Part shown: one piece after another, positions 54,061-64,000 of the stretch
Position numbering within the stretch: the first letter of the stretch is position 1
Layout of the letters: every line of letters begins with the position of its first letter
Assembly (NCBI RefSeq): GCF_009914755.1
Contig: NC_060942.1
Reading direction: 5' to 3' (one strand)
From: the human T2T-CHM13v2.0 reference genome, Homo sapiens
DNA: 64,000 nucleotides
Made by a program: the position numbers and the translations under genes
The notes under the pieces: generated by a model
What the model was told of the DNA's origin: nothing
What the model saw: only the letters and a program-made list of their open reading frames with translations
Databases searched by the model: none

Positions 54061-55075
54061 TTGCATGGCTGCCGCACGGAGCCCCTGAATAGCCACCGCA
54101 GCCCCCCGCCTCCTGCCCACCGCGCGGAGGGCGCCCCTGCTCCAGCCGGCGCCCCAAGGCGCGCGGACCGCCGGCCTCCTAGCAACGGCCCCCGCAATCG
54201 CTTTCCGGCGCAGCCCAAGCAAAGCCACCCGCCCGCCGCCCCGCGACCTCCCGAACTGCCTCGGCTGCCGAGGTGCTGTGGAGATCGCGACCCCGGCAGC
54301 CGGCGCCCGAGCCCGGCGCGCGAAGCCGCTCACCTCCGCGCGCCGCCGGCCCTGCGCGCCTCCCGCACTTGGCTCCGGGACGCAGTCCTGGCGTCCTCCT
54401 TCGCCGCCGGTGTCCGCCGGTCCCTGCGCGCCCGAGCCTCGCCGGCCGCGCCGCTGTCAGAGTCTCGTGGCGGGGCTGCGCCGGCGGGTATGGAGCTGAG
54501 CGGCGGCAGCGGGCGAGCGGGCAGCTCCTCCCTCCCCGCGCCGCGCCTCCGCCCTCCCCGCGCCCCGCCTCCCGCGCCGCGGCTGTCAGCCCCGCGCCCC
54601 GCGCCCCGCGCCCGCGCCGCCGGCTCGGGGGGCGCACAGGGCTAAAGGGCCCGGATGTGTGCGGTCGCCTGTCGCTCGCGCCCGCCCCCTCCCCGCCGCG
54701 CCGCACATGCACTTGCTGCGCCGCAGCCCCCGCCCGGCTCCGCTAATTTCTATTTTGACAGTAACTGTGGCGAGTGGGCGGCGCGGCGGGGGGCGCCCGG
54801 GACTGGCGGAGGCTGCGGGCGGGAGTCAGGACCCGACGCGGAGGCGGAGTGGGGGGGCCGGGCACCGCCACCAACCGCTCGGGGCTCCGCGTCTTTTCTC
54901 TTTCTTTCCTTTTTTCTCTCTGCCTCCTCCAGGATTTAAAGGGACAGCCCCGGCAGAGGCGAGGGGGCCAGGCGGCCGCCGTTTCTCCGGTCTCCTGACG
55001 CCCTCTGCGGCCCGGCCGGACCCGCCCGCACCCCCAGCGCAGGCTTGGGACCGCCGGGTATTTTTAGGTCCACAC

Positions 55076-55158
55076 CCGACCCGGGGCAGCGGTGCGGCAG
55101 AGATGGGCTCTGCCGACCCGGGGCAGCGGTGCGGCAGAGATGGGCTCTGCCGCCCCGG
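55076..55158. repeat. Perfect 37-bp tandem duplication with internal hairpin
   Basis: CCGACCCGGGGCAGCGGTGCGGCAGAGATGGGCTCTG at 55076 and 55113, then a partial copy. Confidence 0.95.
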
Positions 55159-57829
55159 CGCACGGCTATTTTTACAGAGTCCGATGGGGGAGGAAATAAA
55201 ACAACTCGGCAACTGCTTTTCTACCCGAAAGTCGGGAGCAAGGAGTGGGGGCGAGAAGTTAAGTTTCCCAAATGCTCTCGGCACTCCAGCGAGCGCACCA
55301 AGACGCCTAGCCAGCACCTGAAACCGCAAGCTTGCCGCACCCCGGGGCGCCGAATCTCAGCGGGCAATCGCGCTCGGCGGCGCTGCGGCCCGGAGTCCCC
55401 ACCCCTCTGGAGCCTTGGGCCCCGCACTCCGCACCCCACACGCCGGGGAGCAGCCGCTGGCCGCCCGTCACTCCCCGGGTCGGCCTGGAAGGCGGCCTTC
55501 CGAAGCGTCCAATCACCGCGCAACAATGCCAACGGGCGGGCCCGGGGAGGGCTTGTCCCCGCCCCGTCCCGCCGGGCCCCGCCCCCTCGGAGTCTGTCCG
55601 GGCAGGAGAATCTCGCTGGGACGCCGAGTGCTCAGCGGTGCTGGAAGCCACGAAGGGCCAGTGCGAGGGGAGGAGGAAGGGTCCTGGCCCTGGAGAGGGC
55701 GTGAGCGTTCTCGGGCGAGGCGACACTTGGGCAGATGTTCCCTCCAGCTACGGGCCGGGGAAACTCGAGCTGGCTTTGCCTCCTACCTTTTTGCAGTCCA
55801 CCCCTCTGCGCTCCAGACAGACATAGGAACCCTCGCCCTCCTTGGTAGTACATCGGAGGCAGCACCCTCGCACGTCAGCGGGTCCTCTCCGGGGCTCCTC
55901 CCTCAGAAGCGGGAAAGTTTGTCGTCCTCAAACTCCTACCCGGCTGCGCTTATCTGAGCCGCACCTGGCGCCCAGGAGAGGCGAGATGGCGAATCCCGGC
56001 CGCCTAGTGCCCATTCTGGCTACGGATTAATAAAAGGGCAGTGGGGCTGCTGCTGTGTCCTTTAATGCTGAAGACACTGGATGACATTTTTTACAGAATT
56101 CACAAAAATAAGTTTGTGAACCTTTGGTGCCTCTTCCTAATATCACTTATTGGGATTTTTTTTTAAACCATTTCATTCATTCGTGTAATAAACGCACATT
56201 GCAAGATAGTACGTTGGGAGTAGTGAAAACAAGGGAAAACGGGCTCTGGAATAGGATGTAAGAGTGGAAAACTAGATATGAATAGAGGGATCTGAAACGT
56301 AGGGTTTGGGTACAATTATGTCACGTTTAATTTGCCAAAGAGATCTGGTTTTTCCTACTAAGTAAATTTCACCAAATGAACAGTTTGGACAGCCATCTTA
56401 TCCAAACTATTCAAATGCACATGTAAATCTAGGATAGTCTATCGTGGAACCTAAGGTATGTTCAGGCTCAGGATGTCAGATTTCCAAGTTGCTAAAGCTT
56501 CCAGAATGGCAAAATAATATATCTCGCTTTCAGCAGCTGTGGCAGCCACTGCCCTCTCATATTAGGTTTGTCTCTCTGTTAAATTAAGTTGCCTGTCTTG
56601 CTTCCCTTCATTAAAGGGTTTTCAGTTACTTGGAATGCTGCTGACCCAGCTGATATGGCCCCGCTTCTAAGCCATAAGTCTGGCTGCGCCTCATGCCAAG
56701 CATGCGGATGCATTTAGAGAGCACCTAGAGGATCCCAGCCCTGCAAATGCCCAGACACCTGCAGGAAATAGAAATGTAGTTCTGGGGGTGAGGGCAGCTA
56801 CAGCCATAAAAAGGGCATTTAGGTTGAGAAAAGAGGGATGTGGGCAGTAAATTAGACTCTAATAGTAAAGAGTCTAGTAAATAGTAAATAGACTCTAATA
56901 TAAATGTGGCTCTAAATCAGAAAGTTTCTCCTCTCTTCTCTGGCTCAAAGTAGATGTTCTATAGCTTTAGCTCATGGAATAGCGTAAGCATGGAGATCCA
57001 GTGAGTGCTGTAAGATTTATTTGCAACGTACTAGTTTGGATGTAAGTGCAATGGTAAACGTTGCTTTGCAATAATTAATAGAATTTACTGCCAAACTTTA
57101 ACAGTTATCAGCCATGTATCCTAGAAAAAAAGCATGTCATTCAACTCTCTAAAGCCTCCATTTCCAAATCTGTAAAAAGGGAGATAATAGTAGGTCCCTT
57201 TCTACTCCATAGAGATGCTGGAATGGTCGGGTGAGAAAAGGCGAGGGCAAGTGTTGCCCCATGAACAACATTCATTAAGGGGTTACTGTGTATTAAGCAC
57301 TGTAGAGCACATTGTAAATTGTCAATATTAGTTATGGTGATAAACTCTAAATAAATTATCTGAGAATTGGGATCAAATTTTTACCTATTTCCCGAGGATG
57401 TTGAAAGACTGATTCAAGAAAAAAGAGGGGAATTAACATTTACAGAGCTCTTTCTAGATTAGAACTTACGGTTTCCATTGCTATATGTTTCTCATGACAA
57501 CTGTATGCAATATATTTTGTTGTAACCGTTTTATAGATGAAAAATCTGATATCAATAGTGGTGGTAATGGCCATGTTGCCACCGCTGGGTAGTGTCAGGG
57601 GCAGCATTTGGATCCAGGTTCGTGAGTTCAGAAGTTCACGAGCATCCTCCCCTGCGATGCTGCCTCTAGAGGAGAAAGAGGGAAGAGGCTTTGAATAAAT
57701 CAGAGCAGAAGAGAAATTCAAGGAAATCATGGTGTGTATTACCTACCATAAGGCAGACTGGGTGAAGTGCCTTCCTGGAAAAGGTAGCACTGGACTCAGT
57801 CCCTAAGTTTGCATGATATTTTTTATTTT

Positions 57830-58255
57830 TTCTTAGTTCGTTTTTTAATTTTTATTTTGAAATAATTTCAGATTTACAGAAAAGTTACAAAGATAATATA
57901 AAGAATTGTCATATATCTTCACCCAGAATCTCCATGTGCCAACATTTGCCCATGTTTGCTTTACCCTGCTGTTTCTTTGTATATACATATTCTTTTTTTC
58001 TAAACTGTTTGAGCATAGGCTGAAGATATGATGTTCCTTTACTGATAAATTCTTCAGTGAATGTTTTTTAACAATGAGGACGTTCTTACATAATAATCAA
58101 AATCCAGATCTAACCATAGATACAACACTATTATCTAGTCTGAACTATATTTAGATTTCACCAACTGTCTCACCAATAGCAAAAATGAAAAAATAAGTAA
58201 ATTCTAGGCAGGATTCAATTCAGGATTGCATATTGCGTTTAGTTATCATATCTCT
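57830..58255 (-). mobile_element. L1MC-like 3' fragment
   Basis: TTTTATTTTGAAATAATTTCAGATTTACAGAAAAGTT...GATTGCATATTGCGTTTAGTT. Confidence 0.75.
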
Positions 58256-58328
58256 TGGGAGAGTATTTTTTATTTTACTAATTTTTCTTTCTCATTTTAG
58301 TGGCCATACATTTATAGCCCATATGGGA

Positions 58329-58745
58329 TGACAAAGACTTTCTCCTTGACCACACTTGAGGCAGGCTCCTTTGAGGCTTCATTTCCACTGGGCTCCCACC
58401 CTTGGGCCCTCTCTTCAGCCAGCCAAGTCCAGTTGTAGAAAGAATCCTTCTAAGTTAGTTTAGTGAAAACCCCCCCTGACCCTTGATCTCCGAGCACCCT
58501 GGCCTGCCTTTAGCAAGAATCCTGTTAGGTTAGTCCAGCAAGAATGCACCTACCCTTAATGTCTCCTCTTAGTAATTTTCCATCTATCGACCCCCTTACT
58601 CTGTACCTTGGCTATAAATCCCCACTTCCCCTTGTTGAGCCCAGTCTCTCCCCGCCATTGCAACACTCCTATTGCAATAGTCTTGAATAAAGTCTACCAC
58701 TTCCCTACCATTTTTACAAGTGTCAAAGTAATATTTTCTTTAAAA
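58329..58745 (+). mobile_element. MER31-like ERV1 solo LTR
   Basis: Starts TGACAAAGACTTTCTCCTTGACC; keeps GGCTATAAA and AATAAA. Confidence 0.75.
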
Positions 58746-60241
58746 GGGCCAAAGAAAATATAGAAAAATCAAAACTCACTTGTAATCACTCACCAGCTAT
58801 AACCAACATTAATCATTAAAAAAAAAAAAAAAGTACATGTGTAATCCAACCATACAACCACCATTCCCTTCCAGGGGCCAGCTTCCCCTAGAAAATACCA
58901 AGAATATGGAAGTTCTACTTTCTGTTCCTCCTGAAGTTCTTCCTCAGTGTCCAGCATGATCCTGCTGTCCCTAGCTCAGCCATAACCCACCTCACCATTT
59001 TGCTCCTCACCCCAGACTCCAGTTACCATCTCCCTCAAGAAAATGCTGCATCCCCAAGAGCCCCCATGAAGAAGCTAGTGGAGATAGGCCATGCCTCTTC
59101 TATACACCTCTTTTTTCTTTGCCACACCAGGGCCTACAAAGGCTCTACTAGATAACAGATTTCACAAAGGGTTTGGAGTAGCTCAAGGGAATTAGAATGT
59201 AACACTGGACAACTTGAAGCTGTGCATGAGATATGACTTCCCTCATATTCCAGAGAAGAGCAACCAGGGGTTGAACTCTCCATACAGGATTACTTGATGG
59301 TACACCCCTGCTTCTAACCTGGCTCCCCAGCTTTCAGGAGACCTTCTTGCCTCACAGGCAATTCATCTACCTTTTGACATGACTCTCCACAGGAGAGAAC
59401 CAACCCCAAATCTCAGGAAAGGACTTCTCTGGGATCCCGCTCCTTCCTCCTTCAAACATGCATTTCCTAAGCCTCAGTCATCTAGTCACCTAAAGAAACA
59501 CTCTGGGGTAGTTGGCTGGTCACCAACACAAATGTTAATGGTGACCATTGGCATCCCCAGTGCAGCTGAACAGCTAAACCAGCCAGGGAAGGTTGGGTCT
59601 ACAGGCAAGTCCAGCCCCCTTCAAGACTGCCCAGCTGTCTGAGTTATAGGTATGCCTATGTATTCTTCCAAATATTCAGCAAGTAATTGTTGAACCAAGT
59701 GTCTACACATGTACACTTCAACACACTCCTTCCAAAGACAATTCTCAGAGATGGAGAAAATTCAGTCTAAATCTATGAGGATCACAATTTGCTAATTATC
59801 TCAACTTCTGCAAAATGCAGTCGTGTTAGTTCCTTGCCTTCATCTTCCTTCCCCTGAATTTATATTGTCTAATTGTCCCTCTCCCCTCCTCCCGTGAGAA
59901 TAAGGAATGAGAATCACTGAGTTAGGGACCCAATGGGATTGCTCTTGGTCAGCCAAGCACCTGGTCAGAGCTGTGCAAGGCTGAGGGTGTGATTAAACTT
60001 TCAGCAGAGAGGCCTGGCCACACTCAGAGGTTGTGTAGAAGGAAAAGAGGGCTGCTTTTATTCAGGATGTACAGGGAACCAAGCAAATATTAGTTGCAGA
60101 GTACCTGCCTATATAAAAATTTGATTTTAAAATGTGTCACAAAATTCATGGCTCATATGAAGTATCATGATTTAACAGTGAAGACTTAGAATAATGAGTA
60201 GAAAATATGTATTTATGTCAATACCACCAGTTTGTAGTAAA

Positions 60242-60659
<418 letters not shown>

Positions 60660-61078
60660 TAACTTTCTATCTCCTACCTTGAGAAAAAGTAGTAACACTG
60701 TTATTATTCATAATGTCGTGGCTCTTTAGAACCTGTTTGTATTGAAACAATATAGCTTTCCTTGCCTCTGCAGTTGCCAGCTACCAATTGCTCATGATGC
60801 TGCGTCATAAATCCAGCAGTCCACGAATACTGGCTTCTGATGACTCTCAAAGGTGACTATGCTTTGCAGATGAGGACCTCAAATGCAAGTCTTAGCCAGA
60901 GTATGCAGGAAGGGGTTACCAATGGTTTAACCTCTGTTCATGTTAAATTTACCATTTGGAATTATGTAGAATAATATAAAACCACACATCTTCTACCTAT
61001 GTCTTCTCTTAAGCTCTTTAGGCTGTAATCACTGTATTTCTAGAATGTGGTCTCTTTTCATGTTGGCCAAGACCCCTA

Positions 61079-61536
61079 TGTACTGGGTTGAACAGTGTTT
61101 TCCCAAAACTCATATCCACCTGCAACCTGTGAATATGAACTTATTTGGAAATATTTGGTCTTTATAGATGTATCAAGTTAAGGTAAGGTTATGCAGGATG
61201 GGGGTGGCGTGCCTACATCCAAACAGTGGTATTCTTATAAGGAGAAGAAAATTTGGAAACACAGAGACACACAGGGGACATGCCATGTGAAGACAGAGGC
61301 AGCTATTGGAGAGATACGTCTACGCGCCAAGGATCACCAAGGATTGCTGGCAACCAACAGAAGCTGGAACAAAAGCATGGAACAGATTCTCACTCAGAGC
61401 CTCCAGAAGGAATTGGTTCTGCTGACACCTTGAATTTGAACTTTTGGCCTCCAGGATTGTGAGAGAACAAAGCTTTGTTCTGTTTAGACACCAAGTGGGT
61501 AGTAATTTGTTGTAGCAGCCCTAGAAAATGAATACA
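61079..61536 (+). mobile_element. MLT1B/C-like solo LTR
   Basis: TGTACTGGGTTGAA...GCCATGTGAAGACAGAGGCAG...GCAGCCCTAGAAAATGAATACA. Confidence 0.85.
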
Positions 61537-61839
61537 CCCTGCTTTCTACAGACTCAATGAGAAGGATGGGCCAGGAGCCCATGGGTAGAGTGAGAAGGAA
61601 TGTCCACCCTTGGTCCAGCATGGTATAAGACTGACCTGGAAAAACACGCCAGCACCACATCATTTGGAGGCAAAAGAGGACACTGAAGAGAAAGACTCAT
61701 AGGCGTTGTGGAACAGTGGTCTCAAAAATCATCAGAGGAAATAGCAAATGCCACCCCCAGAGGACAGCCTGACCAGTGACATAGAGTCTACTTAGGGTAT
61801 GGGTGACAGCCACATGTTGGCAGATGTCTTTGACAAACT

Positions 61840-62860
<1,021 letters not shown>

Positions 62861-62899
62861 ATGTAGACGTGATGAATATTGAACAAAAGCACATCTTGG

Positions 62900-63560
62900 A
62901 ATAAAGAAATAGGACAAATGCACAAAGGTAAGGATTTGCAAAGTTAGTTCAAGAAATAGCGACCTAGTGTGGTGATAGCATGTGGGGAAATAGAAAATAC
63001 AACTGGAAATGTAGGTGAGTTCAGATCCGAGAGGAATTTGAAATTTAGAGTTTCAATCTGTAGGCAAGGAGGAGACCTGAGGGGTTTGGGAAGTGAAAGC
63101 ATCCAACGAGAGCCATCCATTCTGCTGATGACACCATTGGCAGCTTGAGAGCAGATGGGAGCTGGGTGCACGAGGCAGAGAGATGTGAGAAGGCCACTGC
63201 AGTGGCTCAAGCGAAAGTACCGTGAGTCTGACTCAGGATGGTGGCAGTGGGGCCAGAGAGGAGGTGATGATTGCTACAGACCTGGAGGAGGGGGTCAGCA
63301 GGCCTCAGAGAATGACTGAGTGTGGAGAGGAGGGAAGGAACCTGGGGTGACTAACTCTCATGCCTGAGTTATTGTTAGGAGGACAGAAATTTCTCATCAT
63401 GTGGCTGCAGATGTTATTCTGTTCCTCCAGCTCTTCTCCATCTGGTTCCTCATATGGAAGGTTGATTCCTCATATGGAAGGTTCATTTTACAGATGAAGA
63501 AACTGAGGTTCTGGAACTCAGCGACTTGCCCAAGAGCGATAGGGGAGCTAGGCCCCCATT
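62900..63560 (-). mobile_element. L2 fragment followed by MIR (about 63440-63560)
   Basis: GAGAAGGCCACTGCAGTGG...GGATGGTGGCAGTGG; CATTTTACAGATGAAGAAACTGAGG. Confidence 0.65.
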
Positions 63561-64000
63561 GCAGCACCTGGAGGAGTTGTAGAGGGCAGGGCTCTGGAGC
63601 TATGTTGCTCCTCTTGGAGTATGATGAGATTGCCTCATCTGTGTGCAAGGAGTGGAGGCGCAGTGGGGCAGGGGATGAGGACACGTGCTCCTATGTGTGT
63701 CTGTGCCATAGGCATGTGTGGGTGAGTAGGATGGCACATGTGCCCGATGGATTTCTCTCTCAAGAAGTGTTGATGGGCACCAGTGCTCCCTGGGTGGCTT
63801 CCTCTTCCCAAATAAACAATCATATGACACAATGTCTGAAAGCCCAGAATATTTCCTGTCTCTTTGGCCTGATGCCCTGTGTGCTGCAAACCTGGAGCCA
63901 TTGCAGCCACCCCAGCCATCCACCTCCTTCCACCCCAGTCTCTAGCGCCAGACTCCTGGAACACCGTGAGCTCATGTGCCTGGCCTGCCTGGCCTGCCTG

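Larger units (their letters stand above)
53150..56030. promoter_or_regulatory. CpG-island promoter
   Basis: Very high GC and dense CpG against CpG-poor flanks. Multiple GC boxes (CCCCGCCCC near 55557 and 55577) and a CCAAT at 55509. Boundaries approximate. Confidence 0.93.

Noticed and set aside
53683-55957. Many long overlapping ORFs up to 295 aa
   Set aside because: Pro/Arg/Ala/Gly low-complexity translations open on both strands, expected from stop-codon scarcity in a CpG island; no recognisable domain.

Overview
Primate (human-like) genomic DNA with no convincing protein-coding exon. The main landmark is a CpG-island promoter at about 53.2-56.0 kb. It appears to drive a minus-strand gene with a non-coding first exon (donor TTG|GTGAGT, last exon base 53794), so positions 1-53793 would be mostly one very long first intron; I cannot name the gene from sequence alone. 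The rest is interspersed repeats (9 Alu dimers plus one Alu monomer, old L1M fragments, L2, MIR, MST/MLT1 and MER31 LTRs, MER5/MER30/MER33/MER47 DNA transposons), microsatellites, a 45-bp VNTR and a truncated U2 snRNA retrocopy. Repeat subfamily calls come from recalled consensus sequences, not a RepeatMasker run. I did not find a clearly new biological system. The best leads are an unexplained random-looking segment lacking normal CpG depletion (about 27.47-28.06 kb), a micro-inversion inferred from nested repeats (about 24.09-24.72 kb), two independent Alu insertions at the same site of two MST LTRs, a hairpin-containing 37-bp duplication and a possible spliced divergent transcript in the island, and a CpG/octamer/TATA micro-element at 40 kb.
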